Positions 47,899 through 58,212 of a stretch of DNA of 64,000 bases are shown in pieces. The notes under the pieces were generated by a model that saw nothing but the letters and a program-made list of their open reading frames with translations, made no database searches and had not been told where the DNA came from. The position numbers were made by a program, and so were the translations under genes. The DNA comes from Candidatus Bathyarchaeota archaeon (GTDB lineage Archaea > Thermoproteota > Bathyarchaeia > 40CM-2-53-6), in assembly GCA_963726255.1 (NCBI GenBank), contig CAVSBL010000002.1, positions 1,984,001 to 2,048,000 of the forward strand, written 5' to 3'. Numbering within the stretch: the first letter of the stretch is position 1; every line of letters starts with the position of its first letter.

Positions 47899-49440
47899 TT
47901 GGCTTCAATTCAACTCAAACAGTTAAAACACAATGGCGTCCTCATTCCTGACGCCTACACCCCCCAAGGCTTGACCATCACCTTCCGCGGTAACCCACTA
48001 AAACTGAATCCATTGCAGGAAGAGATGGCAGTCAAGTTCGCGCAGAAATTCGGAAGCCCCTACACGGAAGATCGGGCATTTTGCTCCAATTTCATGAAAG
48101 ACTTCGCAGAGGCTCTGGGGATCAAGGAGAAAATTGCCGTTGAAGATTTCGACTGGACGCCGATTGTGAAGTGGATTGAGGCCGAGCGAGCCCGTAAGGC
48201 TAACATGTCGAAGGAACAGAAGAAGGAACTAGCGCAATCCAGAAAGAAGGTTCGAGAGGAACGAAAGGAACATTATGGGTGGGCCATCGTTAACGACGCG
48301 AGAATGGAAATCGGAAACTATGCTGTCGAGCCTCCTTCGATATTCATGGGCCGCGGCAAACACCCGATGAGGGGTCGCTGGAAGCCTGCTGTAACCACCA
48401 AGGACGTTACATTGAACCTGAGTCCGGAGGCGCCCACCCCACCAGGCGAATGGGCGGGACGCGAATGGCGGCCCGATGAGCTTTGGATTGCGAAGTGGAC
48501 TGACAAGTTGGCCGGGAAGGTGAAGTACATTTGGTTCCACGACGCCACACCAATGAAGCAAGGACGGGTTCAAGAAAAATTCGACCTAGCGCGAGAGTTG
48601 GAGTCGAAAATTGGCAAGGTTCGAGCCCATATTGCTTCGAACTTAAGCAGCGAGGATGTGAAGCGCCGGAAGGTGGCAACGGTAGCGTACTTGATTGATG
48701 TTTTCAAGATTCGTGTCGGTGATGAGGAAGAGACTGAGAGCGGCACAGTCGGGGCGACGAGCCTTCAGAGCGAACATATTCGGTTCCATAATTCATCCCC
48801 CAGAGTCAAGCTACATTTCCTCGGTAAGGACTCGATCTTATTCGAACGGGAACTATCCGTCTCTCAAGAGGCTTACCAGAATTTGAAAGAGTTTGCCTCA
48901 AATGGAGGAAGGATCTTCAGCGGAATAACCACAGATGCCGTACGTGACTTCTTATCCGAAGCAATGCCTCGCCTCAGCCCAAAGGTGTTCCGCACATTTT
49001 CCGCGACGCAGTTGTTTAGGCAGGAACTTGACACGAGTAAGGTCACCGCGGAGAGTTCTGATCCTGAGAAGAAGATGGCTTTGATGGAATCGAACGCGGC
49101 TGTAGCGCAGTTGATGAACCACCAGAAAGCTGTGCCTAAGAAATGGGAGGAAACATACAAGAAACGCCTTGAAATGTTGCGGTCACTTAAGGGCAAGGAA
49201 GGCAAGTCGGCCGCAAAACGGAAGGCTTCACTAAAACTTCGCCTCGCGCAAATGAAAATGAACAAGAAGTGGAACTTAGGAACCTCGCTCAAGAACTACA
49301 TCGACCCGAGAGTTTCGGTGACGTTTTGCAAAAGAGTAGACTACGATTGGAAATCCTACTATCCAAAGACTCTCGTGGCCAAATTCATGTGGGCAGAGGA
49401 AAAGCAGCAAGATTACGCGACGCCATTAGCCAGGGCTTAG
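47899..49440 (+). CDS. DNA topoisomerase IB (eukaryote-like)
   Basis: LKHNGV, EPPSIFMGRGKHPMRG. Catalytic pentad IRVG (R), GKDS (K), KVFRT (R), MNH (H), SLKNYIDPR (Y). Confidence 0.93.
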   Translation: MASIQLKQLKHNGVLIPDAYTPQGLTITFRGNPLKLNPLQEEMAVKFAQKFGSPYTEDRAFCSNFMKDFAEALGIKEKIAVEDFDWTPIVKWIEAERARKANMSKEQKKELAQSRKKVREERKEHYGWAIVNDARMEIGNYAVEPPSIFMGRGKHPMRGRWKPAVTTKDVTLNLSPEAPTPPGEWAGREWRPDELWIAKWTDKLAGKVKYIWFHDATPMKQGRVQEKFDLARELESKIGKVRAHIASNLSSEDVKRRKVATVAYLIDVFKIRVGDEEETESGTVGATSLQSEHIRFHNSSPRVKLHFLGKDSILFERELSVSQEAYQNLKEFASNGGRIFSGITTDAVRDFLSEAMPRLSPKVFRTFSATQLFRQELDTSKVTAESSDPEKKMALMESNAAVAQLMNHQKAVPKKWEETYKKRLEMLRSLKGKEGKSAAKRKASLKLRLAQMKMNKKWNLGTSLKNYIDPRVSVTFCKRVDYDWKSYYPKTLVAKFMWAEEKQQDYATPLARA

Positions 49441-51507
49441 AGCACGGCTTCGCCTAGGGCGTTGTCGGCCACGTTGGCGACGTGCTCGTCCAGTCAGCTT
49501 ATGGTATAGGTAAACGTCAGCTATTGTGAGCACTAGCAATGCGATTGTCATGGTTTCTACAATCGTTCGATTCATCTGCAAGATTGGCACAAGAATTCCC
49601 AGCTCTCTGGCCACTCCTTGAGCGAGAGCCGATGCGTCGCTTAACTCTGCTACGGCAGCGGAGTACCAACTTTCGTTGAAATTACTCTCCCCTTCACTCA
49701 TCAGCTGCTTGGCTCGGTTGTATGAAGCCGTGACGTTCGCGGGCAAGCCAAGTGTTTGGTCACTACTCAGATGTTCAATCTCCATCAAAATCAGTTGCAA
49801 ACTCTGCAATCTAGCCTTGAAGGTAAGGTAGTTTCCAATTGCGAATGCCCCGAACGCGATATCACCCCCGTACCTTGGCTCGAACCCTATGCTTGGCCAC
49901 CAACTCCAAACCATCTTCATGAATTGAGGGCCACGGCTTGCCATTTGGTAGTCGATCAAGTTGAAGTCCACGTTGAAAGTTCGCTCGAACCACGTTCGGT
50001 TTTGGTCTAAGATAGACTGAGGGTTGCTTTGCCCTTCCTTGACGAATGAGGGTATACCCGCCTTCTCTATCATGCGCATATCGGGTTGGTAGAACTGCGG
50101 GTAAAGGCCCCACCAACTAGAGGAAACATATTTTGTGACGGCCAAGGCTTGAAGTGGAACCAGTGAAGTGTCAGGGTAACGCATTCGTGTTAGCCAGTTG
50201 GCTGCGAGCAAGGCGGCGCCTAAGTATGTCTCGTTATTCGTCGTCTCTGAGAGGAGGAGTAAGCCGCGTATGGAGTAGGCGGCGCTCCACAACGACAGAG
50301 CGACGCTTGAACCAAACTCACGCCTCTCTGTGTCGTAACCATAGTAGTACCCGCCAACTGCCATCGGATCGTTCGCGTAAGTATGGTTGCCCCATGCCGT
50401 GTTCGTTGGAGTTACTTGGAAACTCATTAACCATTCAGCGTACGTTTCCGCGGCATTCAGATACCGTTCGTCTCCCGTCAGCCTGTAAAGCTGAGACCAC
50501 GCCAAGAGTGTGAAACCTGCATGGTTAGTTGAAACCGATCTTGTGTACACTGTCCCGTTCCACTCGTAAGGCAACGCGCCATAGACGGGTGTGTTGAGCC
50601 ACTCTTGGCCAGTAAACTGTCTGGACAACATGTATTCGCCTGCGGCTTCAGCGGAGTTGAGGTAGGTGCTGTTACGTGTCAGGAGGTAGAGTTCAGCGAG
50701 AATCCAAGCCGATTCGGTTGTCTCAAACATTCTAGGCTTCCAGCCAAGTGCCCAATAATACTGGGTAACTGGAAAGGCGCCGCTGAAATTCCCGGTTTTG
50801 ATTTGCGTTTTGACTAGCCAACTTCCGTATCGGTTCAGTAGTTGGAGGGCTTTGTCATCGTTTGACCAGCGGTAGTAGGAGATTAGGGCCGCAGCTATTG
50901 GGTTGCCATGTTCAGGGGACGGAAATACAGCATGCAAGTTAGTGGAATCGTCTGGTGTTCCGAATTGCTCGTCTTTGCCTCCAGAGACATCGGCCTGCTC
51001 AGCCCAAACTCCGACATTGTCAAGTGTAATGTTGCGCCCATGAATCGTGGTTAGGACTAGTGGGGGTGTGCTGGCTCTTCCGCTTGGAATTTGTGCGGCC
51101 TGGAAGTAATCGTAGTAGACATTGAAGATCTTGAGGTACATGGGATCTCCACTTTCCAAGTAGGCGTCTAATGCGGCGGAGGCTCCCAGGCCGGAGTCGT
51201 GGCCGGCAATCAAGAACGCAAGCTGCTGCCTCTCGCCTGCCGCAATACCGCCAGTCTCAGCGGTAATCGTGCCGTTCTCAAAGTAAAACGGATCCAGACC
51301 CCACGTACGCACATCTTGGTATGGAATCCCCCATGACGCGTTGAGAGGCGTAACTTGGAAGGCGGTTATCCAATTCGTAGCCTCCAACCCTAGGTCATAA
51401 TACCGCGGACCGGGATCGGATTCTTGTGTAGCGAGGCTTGGAGCAGGCTGAAAGGCCGCCGCCAAGAATACCAGTAAGAAAGGGATGAGGAACCGTTTGA
51501 GCTGCGT
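49426..51507 (-). CDS. Secreted alpha/alpha-barrel (six-hairpin glycosidase-like) protein with C-terminal TM anchor; start uncertain
   Basis: Repeated LY.LT....YL.AA...A.WL...Q helices. A signal-peptide-like stretch begins upstream of the track start (TTG 51465), at an ACG codon (51507). Confidence 0.6.
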   Translation of the reverse strand, partial: TQLKRFLIPFLLVFLAAAFQPAPSLATQESDPGPRYYDLGLEATNWITAFQVTPLNASWGIPYQDVRTWGLDPFYFENGTITAETGGIAAGERQQLAFLIAGHDSGLGASAALDAYLESGDPMYLKIFNVYYDYFQAAQIPSGRASTPPLVLTTIHGRNITLDNVGVWAEQADVSGGKDEQFGTPDDSTNLHAVFPSPEHGNPIAAALISYYRWSNDDKALQLLNRYGSWLVKTQIKTGNFSGAFPVTQYYWALGWKPRMFETTESAWILAELYLLTRNSTYLNSAEAAGEYMLSRQFTGQEWLNTPVYGALPYEWNGTVYTRSVSTNHAGFTLLAWSQLYRLTGDERYLNAAETYAEWLMSFQVTPTNTAWGNHTYANDPMAVGGYYYGYDTERREFGSSVALSLWSAAYSIRGLLLLSETTNNETYLGAALLAANWLTRMRYPDTSLVPLQALAVTKYVSSSWWGLYPQFYQPDMRMIEKAGIPSFVKEGQSNPQSILDQNRTWFERTFNVDFNLIDYQMASRGPQFMKMVWSWWPSIGFEPRYGGDIAFGAFAIGNYLTFKARLQSLQLILMEIEHLSSDQTLGLPANVTASYNRAKQLMSEGESNFNESWYSAAVAELSDASALAQGVARELGILVPILQMNRTIVETMTIALLVLTIADVYLYHKLTGRARRQRGRQRPRRSRALSPG

Positions 51508-51570
51508 AGCCCTACGACTCGTGCTCTTTGGTCTCGTCGTCTCTAGAAAGTAGTTCGGACTGGGCTCAGC

Positions 51571-52071
51571 TTAGCCTTTCGTTATAAGGCCGTATATGAT
51601 GAAGGGAACGCCCGTGATGAGCGCGAAGTCGAAGTAGGTGGATGTGGCTGCAGCGAAGACTACTCCTGAAAAGACCCAGACTATTCCGACTGCTGTTGTA
51701 ACTCCCCATTTCACTGTCCAACCTGTCACAAACATTGCGGCGCCGAAAATCACCAGCCAAAAGCCGAGGGTCAATGAGGTAACTTGTGCCATAGACATTC
51801 CTGAAGGCATCATTGAGGCCATGAAAGGAGCGCCTAGTGAGTAAACTGCTGTCAAAACCACGGCTAGGACTATGGTGAACTTCCAAAGCTCCTCGAGCAT
51901 CGGGGGGCTTCTTCTGGGCATGGAAACCCTACCTATGAGGTAAAGGATCACTGAGAAGATTATGACGCCGAGCAGCCAAGCGGTATACTGAAGTGAATTG
52001 AAAACACCGGCCTGAAATGCAAAGAATACGAGAACTTGTACTACGCCTAATCCAGTTTGCTTAAGTTCCAT
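51571..52071 (-). CDS. Multi-pass membrane protein of unknown function
   Basis: ATG start, about six hydrophobic helices, TTTAATA TATA-like element upstream. Confidence 0.7.
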   Translation of the reverse strand: MELKQTGLGVVQVLVFFAFQAGVFNSLQYTAWLLGVIIFSVILYLIGRVSMPRRSPPMLEELWKFTIVLAVVLTAVYSLGAPFMASMMPSGMSMAQVTSLTLGFWLVIFGAAMFVTGWTVKWGVTTAVGIVWVFSGVVFAAATSTYFDFALITGVPFIIYGLITKG

Positions 52072-52228
52072 TTTTCATCGGCCCAAATCTTTCGGCTGTA
52101 TTAGTATTAAAGACCATCGACAAGCAACGTGCATTCCTTGTGGCGGTTGCCGGTCGCTATTTCCTAAGTCGGGTTTTCCACTCAAGCCATAAGGAGACTT
52201 TCACATCCTTCTGCCAGGTGATGCCACG

Positions 52229-52858
52229 TTGGAAGTCACAGTCCAGGAAGCTATCAGAACTCTGCGCAGCATGCGGCGCCTCAAGAGTGATCAAGTAGAA
52301 CCGGAGAAGATTCACACGATTCTGAAGGCGGCGGGTATGGCACCGTCAGGTGGAAACTCGCAACCATGGGAGTTCATTCTGATTACCGACCCCACTGTCA
52401 AGGGGCAGCTGCGCGAACTTGCGGTCGAGGGGCTTGAGATATACGCGAGGTCTAACTTGCGGATTCCGAAGGATGCTATTTCGGAATTCCTATCCCCCAC
52501 GAACCCTGTGGCCTCGCTCGCCCAGAATACCAAGGAGGTCCCAGTCCTAATCCTCGCGTGCCTCAACACGAAGCGGGCGAAGCGGCTTACAGATGAGTGG
52601 GCATGGCTGGAGGAGCAATCGAACTGGGCCTCCGTCTTTCCCGCCGTCCAGAACCTTCTACTGTCTGCGCGAGCGCTAGGCTTAGGCACCGCCGTTTCGA
52701 TTTTCCCATTATTTCGAATTGCTGAACTAAAGCGGCTACTTCAACTCCCCGACTTTGTAAAACCAGGAATACTCATTTACGTGGGATACCCCACCACGCG
52801 ATTCAGCGAACCCAAACGATTACCCATTGAAAACTTCATCCACGAAAACAAATGGTAG
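52229..52858 (+). CDS. Nitroreductase-family protein
   Basis: RSMRR, APSGGNSQPWEF, AVQNLLLSARALGLG. Confidence 0.9.
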   Translation: MEVTVQEAIRTLRSMRRLKSDQVEPEKIHTILKAAGMAPSGGNSQPWEFILITDPTVKGQLRELAVEGLEIYARSNLRIPKDAISEFLSPTNPVASLAQNTKEVPVLILACLNTKRAKRLTDEWAWLEEQSNWASVFPAVQNLLLSARALGLGTAVSIFPLFRIAELKRLLQLPDFVKPGILIYVGYPTTRFSEPKRLPIENFIHENKW

Positions 52859-53465
52859 ATGGTCGACCATAACGTCGCAGACTCGTACCCCGTCGGAGCT
52901 GATAGCCCAATTTAGCACCCAAGTAAGAGCATCAGGCGGTTGTTTTGCCGCCGTCCCAAACCTATCCGCTGTAGGCGACTACGTAGTAAAACTAGCTTTA
53001 GCAGCAAAAGCAAAGCAGGTAGTGGTCTGCGGCAATGCAATAGCGTCCATCTTCGCCTCTGGAGTCACTGTGCCATTCCAGGTCGCAAGTTCCGTGAAAA
53101 TGGATAGGAAGAGTTTCTTTGAAACGCTACAGTCGGCGGAGATCGGAATTTCCACTGCCGACCTTGGCGTTGCGGATACTGGGACATTGATCATTTCGAC
53201 AACGAATGAATCCGACCGGCTCGTCACAGCGCTGCCGATAATCCATGTCGCTGTTCTTCCCCGTTCCAAACTCGTGTTCTCGCTCGAAGATGCGTCACAG
53301 TATATTTCCCAACTCCTCACCAAGGATTCCAAAGCGGTCTCTATCTCACTCATTTCAGCCTCAAGTAGGACCTCTGATGTTGGGGGCATCACAATTATGG
53401 GCGCGCATGGGCCGAAAGAGTTGCACGTTCTACTTCTCGATGGAGAACTTCCTGGTGAGTCGTAG
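52827..53465 (+). CDS. LUD-domain protein (LutC/YkgG-like)
   Basis: GVADTGTL, LPIIHVAV, SRTSDV...GAHGPKEL. Confidence 0.85.
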   Translation: MKTSSTKTNGRWSTITSQTRTPSELIAQFSTQVRASGGCFAAVPNLSAVGDYVVKLALAAKAKQVVVCGNAIASIFASGVTVPFQVASSVKMDRKSFFETLQSAEIGISTADLGVADTGTLIISTTNESDRLVTALPIIHVAVLPRSKLVFSLEDASQYISQLLTKDSKAVSISLISASSRTSDVGGITIMGAHGPKELHVLLLDGELPGES

Positions 53466-53467
53466 CT

Positions 53468-55597
53468 ATGGATAGTACCGGCCTCGAAGCCCATGAACGA
53501 CTGATCAGCAAAGTCCGGGACGGCATCGCTGACAAGCGGCGAAGGGCTCAACTATACCTCGGGACTGAGGGCGACCGGGAAGCAAGCGAAAAAGCGTATG
53601 CGGCTCTTCCCAACGGGGACTCGTTGCTTCAAGAAGCGCGGAGAATCAAACGTGAATCAATAGGGAACTTAGACGAGAACGCTAAACAGTTCACTAAGGC
53701 CGCAAATGCGTCTGGGGTGCAGGTGCATTTTGTTCAGGACGGAGCGGCCGCCGTCCGAATGATAATCGACCTAGCCCGCAGGGCAGGAGCCAAGCATGTT
53801 GCCAAAGCAAAGTCGATGACCGGCGAGGAGATTGAGCTTCGCCAGCATCTCGAGGAGGAGGGTTTTGACGTTGTCGAGACGGATCTTGGTGAACGCATAA
53901 TCCAGATTGCCCACCAAAGGCCATCCCACATTACAGCCCCGGCACTCCACCTGACTGTGGAACAGATTACTGAACTCTTCTCAAAGAACCTAGGAAGGGA
54001 GCTGCCTCCGGACCCGGGGATGATCACGGCGGTCGCGCGAGAATCTCTGCGTAGCAAGTTCCTGCAGGCTGATGTTGGAATTACCGGAGCGAACTTTGCG
54101 ATTGCCGATTCGGGTGCGATCGTGATTGTAAGCAATGAGGGCAATGCCCGCCTTGTCACAGCCCTTCCGCGCATGACCATAGCCATTCTGGGTTCAGAGA
54201 AGATAGTGCCAAACGCAGCTGATGCGATCACGCTGCTGCAAGCGTTGATATTGAGCTCAGCGGCTCGAAAATTAACCAGCTACGTCAGCATCGTAAGAGG
54301 TGGGAGTAAGCTCGCCCAAACGGGCCAGGAACAGGAACAGCATGTTATCGTCATTGACAACGGTCGTTCGAGAATGTTGGCCGACCCGAACTTCCGTGAG
54401 GCCTTGTACTGTTTACGTTGCGGAGCTTGCATGGATGCGTGTCCCACCTTCAGGTTACTCGGAGGTCACGTCTTCGGCCACGTCTACCCCGGCCCCATAG
54501 GAATTCCTTGGACTGAGTATACGGCAAGCCCGGACGCCGCAGGGGAGTTTGCACCTCTCTGCATTTCGTGCGGCTTATGCCAACGCGTCTGCCCGGAGGA
54601 TATCAACATACCCCTACTCATAGCCCAAGTCAAAGAAAGATACACTGAACGGCACGGGCAACTATCAATAAACAAAACCCTATGCAATTATGAAACGTTC
54701 GTTAGCTTCGCAAGCGCAACATCCCCAGTCTCCAACTTTCTACTGAGCCGCAAGGCCTTCCGCTTCATGCTCCAAACCTTTCTGGGCTTAGATTCTCGCC
54801 GGCCTTTTCCAAAGTTCACTCGGCACACGTTCAAGAAATGGTTCAGCTCACGGACATCCAGCGGCTCAAGATCAGTAGCCTATTTCGTTGACACCTACGC
54901 CGACATGTGCGAACCGGAAATTGGCAAAGCGGTCGTCGGAATCCTAGAATACAACGATTGCCGGGTGATTCTGCCGAAACAGGTCGGCAGCGGAATCCCT
55001 GCCTTCCTCTATGGTGACATGAAGCGAACGGCACGTGCAGCCGAATTCAATGTCCCCCAACTTGCCGAGGCCGTAAGGAGTGGCTGTGAAATAGTTTCTT
55101 CAGAGCCAACGGCAACCTACTGCCTGAAAGAACTCTACCCTAGGCTGCTAAGCTCTGATGAAACCCGTCTGGTCGCAGCTCATTCTCACGACCTCTTCGA
55201 TTACCTATTAGAATTACACAGGGAGGGAAAGCTGAGAAACTTTCCAAGGGCCAACATGCAACCAGTCGCGTATTACTCACCATGCCACACGAGAAGTGTT
55301 TACGGAAAATCCAACGCGCTGGAAGTTCTGAAGCTCGCAGGAATAGACGTACGACCTGTAAGGTACAACACATGCTGCGGAATCGCGGGGACCTTCGGAT
55401 TCAAGAAAGGCCCCGAAGGGTATGATGTTTCTATGGCAATTGGCGAAACACTCTTTGAGAGGCTGAAAGCCCTAGGCCTTAGCCAAGTCATGACAGAGAG
55501 CAGCGTTTGTAAGATGCAAATAGAGCACGGCACGTCGCTGCCAGCTATCCATCCCGCCGTCGCCTTATGGAACCTGTGCCAAGCCTCTCGCAGCTGA
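53468..55597 (+). CDS. LutB-like Fe-S protein fused to CCG-domain (GlpC-like) module
   Basis: ETDLGE, PSHITAPALH, NEGNAR, CLRCGACMDACP, CISCGLCQRVCP, CCGIAG. Confidence 0.85.
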   Translation: MDSTGLEAHERLISKVRDGIADKRRRAQLYLGTEGDREASEKAYAALPNGDSLLQEARRIKRESIGNLDENAKQFTKAANASGVQVHFVQDGAAAVRMIIDLARRAGAKHVAKAKSMTGEEIELRQHLEEEGFDVVETDLGERIIQIAHQRPSHITAPALHLTVEQITELFSKNLGRELPPDPGMITAVARESLRSKFLQADVGITGANFAIADSGAIVIVSNEGNARLVTALPRMTIAILGSEKIVPNAADAITLLQALILSSAARKLTSYVSIVRGGSKLAQTGQEQEQHVIVIDNGRSRMLADPNFREALYCLRCGACMDACPTFRLLGGHVFGHVYPGPIGIPWTEYTASPDAAGEFAPLCISCGLCQRVCPEDINIPLLIAQVKERYTERHGQLSINKTLCNYETFVSFASATSPVSNFLLSRKAFRFMLQTFLGLDSRRPFPKFTRHTFKKWFSSRTSSGSRSVAYFVDTYADMCEPEIGKAVVGILEYNDCRVILPKQVGSGIPAFLYGDMKRTARAAEFNVPQLAEAVRSGCEIVSSEPTATYCLKELYPRLLSSDETRLVAAHSHDLFDYLLELHREGKLRNFPRANMQPVAYYSPCHTRSVYGKSNALEVLKLAGIDVRPVRYNTCCGIAGTFGFKKGPEGYDVSMAIGETLFERLKALGLSQVMTESSVCKMQIEHGTSLPAIHPAVALWNLCQASRS

Positions 55598-55604
55598 GAA
55601 CCTG

Positions 55605-56846
55605 CTACGGTTGCTTTGCGCTACAGTAGGGGCATGTAGTGGATCCAAGGGGAAGTTGCGCACCGCATTGAATGCAGTACCGCGCTTGGCCAAGTTGTGC
55701 CGGAGGCAATGTTGGTTGACCAGTTGCGGGCAATTCCAGTTGTTGCCTTGTCTGGATTGTTTTCATCAAATCGTCCCGTGTGACTACGCCAAGCAGTCGG
55801 TCGCCCTCCGTAACCAGAATCATTTCAACTCTCTCGCGCGCCATTCTTTGTAACGCATCCAGTGCCGATACTCCCGGCTGAATCATGGGTGCGCGCTCGA
55901 TGGGGATCATTGCTTGAGCCACCGTTTCTGTAATCCTCTGCTCTTTCGGAATAGCTCGCGCAGACTGCAATGTAACGAGCCCCAAGAGCCGGCCGTCTTT
56001 CATCACCGGGTACCCGGCATGTGGATGGACTAGAAGGTAGTCGGACACTAGCTGTTGCACTGTAATGTCGGGGGGCACTGTCAGGACTCCTTGAGTCATA
56101 ATGCTCCCTACCGTTAGCCCCGTCAAGGTTTCACCAATGAGCGTTTGCCTTAGGCTCGTCTCGGCACCGGATTTGATGAACCATCCGAGGACAACGATCC
56201 AGATTCCATCTACGAAGTCGCCGAAGATTATTGCAACAAAGCCACCCAACATCATGAGAAGTGAGAGTCCCTCACTAACGCGTGTGGCAGTCCGCGTAGC
56301 GCCAACAAGGTTCTTGGAATGTTTCCAAAGGCTACCGCGAAAAACTCGCCCGCCGTCTAGCGGGAACGCGGGAAGTAAGTTAAACGCGCCCAGAACCGCG
56401 TTGATGAGGGCTCCATAGCCCACGGTCGCCGTTACTACGATGGGTACGCTCGCTGCCTGTGCTATGTACCAAAAACCTCCCAAAACACCGGCGATCATGA
56501 AACTCATCAACGGTCCGGCTGCTGCCATGCGGATCTCCAGACCCGCGTCCTGTGGTTCCTCAGTCATTTCCGACACTCCGCCAAAGAAGAAGAGCGTAAT
56601 TCTGGCAATTGGCAAACCATTCTTCTTCGCAATATACGAGTGGGAGAGTTCGTGGATGAGCACAGAAGCGAACAGAACTATTGCGGAGGCAATCCCAATC
56701 GTCCAGTACGTTACGGGACTTAGGCCGGGGTATTGGTGGGGCATATACCCATAAGCCAATGACCAAGCGATCAAAACGAAAACTAACCATAACGTGTAGT
56801 GAATTCTAACCGGAATTCCCATAATCTTCCCAAGCCTAATTGACAA
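55605..56846 (-). CDS. Site-2 protease (M50) with CBS pair and C-terminal zinc ribbon
   Basis: HELSH, NLLPAFPLDGG, CBS repeats, CIQC...CPYC. Confidence 0.92.
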   Translation of the reverse strand: MSIRLGKIMGIPVRIHYTLWLVFVLIAWSLAYGYMPHQYPGLSPVTYWTIGIASAIVLFASVLIHELSHSYIAKKNGLPIARITLFFFGGVSEMTEEPQDAGLEIRMAAAGPLMSFMIAGVLGGFWYIAQAASVPIVVTATVGYGALINAVLGAFNLLPAFPLDGGRVFRGSLWKHSKNLVGATRTATRVSEGLSLLMMLGGFVAIIFGDFVDGIWIVVLGWFIKSGAETSLRQTLIGETLTGLTVGSIMTQGVLTVPPDITVQQLVSDYLLVHPHAGYPVMKDGRLLGLVTLQSARAIPKEQRITETVAQAMIPIERAPMIQPGVSALDALQRMARERVEMILVTEGDRLLGVVTRDDLMKTIQTRQQLELPATGQPTLPPAQLGQARYCIQCGAQLPLGSTTCPYCSAKQP

Positions 56847-57014
56847 ATTCTACGGCCTCACACTTCGCCTACGACATACGAATCGGGAACGTTACTGAAA
56901 AGTGCTTCCAATCTACTGAAGCCAGCCCTCAAGACATGAATGCCATCTGCGGGACTGCTAGGAAAAGGTTTTTTGCGAACGGCCTTTCCTCGCGAACCGG
57001 TTGGAGATACGGAG

Positions 57015-58166
57015 TTGGAAACGAAACAGCTGATCATGTTGCCTGGGCCGACAAACATTCCGACGCATGTCGCGAATGCGATGCTGCGGCCTATGATTAA
57101 CCATCGTGGGCCGGAGTTTCGCGAACTTCATTCACGAATAATCGATAACGCGAAATACGTTTTCGGTACAAAAAACGACTTATTTGTTCTATCCGCGTCT
57201 GGAACGGGAGGTGTGGAGTGCGCCGTTCGAAACATTTGCTCGCCGGGCAGTAAGATCATTGTGCCCGTCAACGGGGTTTTCAGCCAGCGTTTTCTGGAGG
57301 CCGTGAAATTACTCGGCGGCCAAGGTGTCGAAATACCTGTTGAGTGGGGTAACGCCGTAACCGTCGGCCAGATTGAGGAAGCCCTCAAGAGGAATCCCCA
57401 GGTTACAGCCGTAGCGATAATCTACAATGAAACGTCAACGGGAGTAACCACGCCTGACCTGAAGCAAATAGGCGAAGTCTGCCACAAGCATGGCGCACTC
57501 TTTCTCGTTGACGCCATATCAATTCAAGGCGGCGTTCCACTTCCAGTTGATGAGTGGGCGGTGGACATCTGCGTAACTGGCAGTCAGAAATGCCTCATGA
57601 CCCCGCCAGGGCTCGCCCTCATCTCCGTGAGCCAGAAAGCATGGGACGTCATCAAGAATGCCCCTCGCTCTTACTACTTCGACCTTCAACTCTGCAAACA
57701 GTTCTGGGATGAGAATAAAGAAACCCCCTACACTCCTGCCGTGACCCTTTTCTTCGCGTTGGATGAGGCGTTGCAAATGATCCGCGAAGAAGGCCTTGAG
57801 AAACGCTTCAAGAGGCATGCAACCTGCGCTAGCGCCATGTACGCCGCAGTAGAAGCCATGGGCCTGGAAGGCTACGCACGAAAACCAGTCAGATCAAACA
57901 CTGTCGTAGCAATCAAATATCCGACCGGCATTGATGACAAAAACTTCCGAGGCACTCTCAACAAAAAGTACCGAGTGGTGGTTGCTGGCGGCATGGGCAA
58001 AACGAAGGGACAGTTGTTCCGCATCGGAATAATGGGAAGCGTTTCAGAATTCGAAATCTTAGCCACGGCAACAGCGGTCGAATCCGCCTTAATAGAACAA
58101 GGTCACAAACTCAAACCGGGAGAAGGCGCAGAGGCTGCGCGTGCAGTTTTCGCCAAGACACCCTAA
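57015..58166 (+). CDS. Alanine-glyoxylate / serine-pyruvate aminotransferase (class V)
   Basis: MLPGP, SGTGG, NETSTG, VDAIS, GSQKC. TTG at 57015. Confidence 0.92.
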   Translation: METKQLIMLPGPTNIPTHVANAMLRPMINHRGPEFRELHSRIIDNAKYVFGTKNDLFVLSASGTGGVECAVRNICSPGSKIIVPVNGVFSQRFLEAVKLLGGQGVEIPVEWGNAVTVGQIEEALKRNPQVTAVAIIYNETSTGVTTPDLKQIGEVCHKHGALFLVDAISIQGGVPLPVDEWAVDICVTGSQKCLMTPPGLALISVSQKAWDVIKNAPRSYYFDLQLCKQFWDENKETPYTPAVTLFFALDEALQMIREEGLEKRFKRHATCASAMYAAVEAMGLEGYARKPVRSNTVVAIKYPTGIDDKNFRGTLNKKYRVVVAGGMGKTKGQLFRIGIMGSVSEFEILATATAVESALIEQGHKLKPGEGAEAARAVFAKTP

Positions 58167-58212
58167 GCACGGTTAACCGCGAGGCTGCCCAAACCTACGC
58201 AACGGAGGGGCA

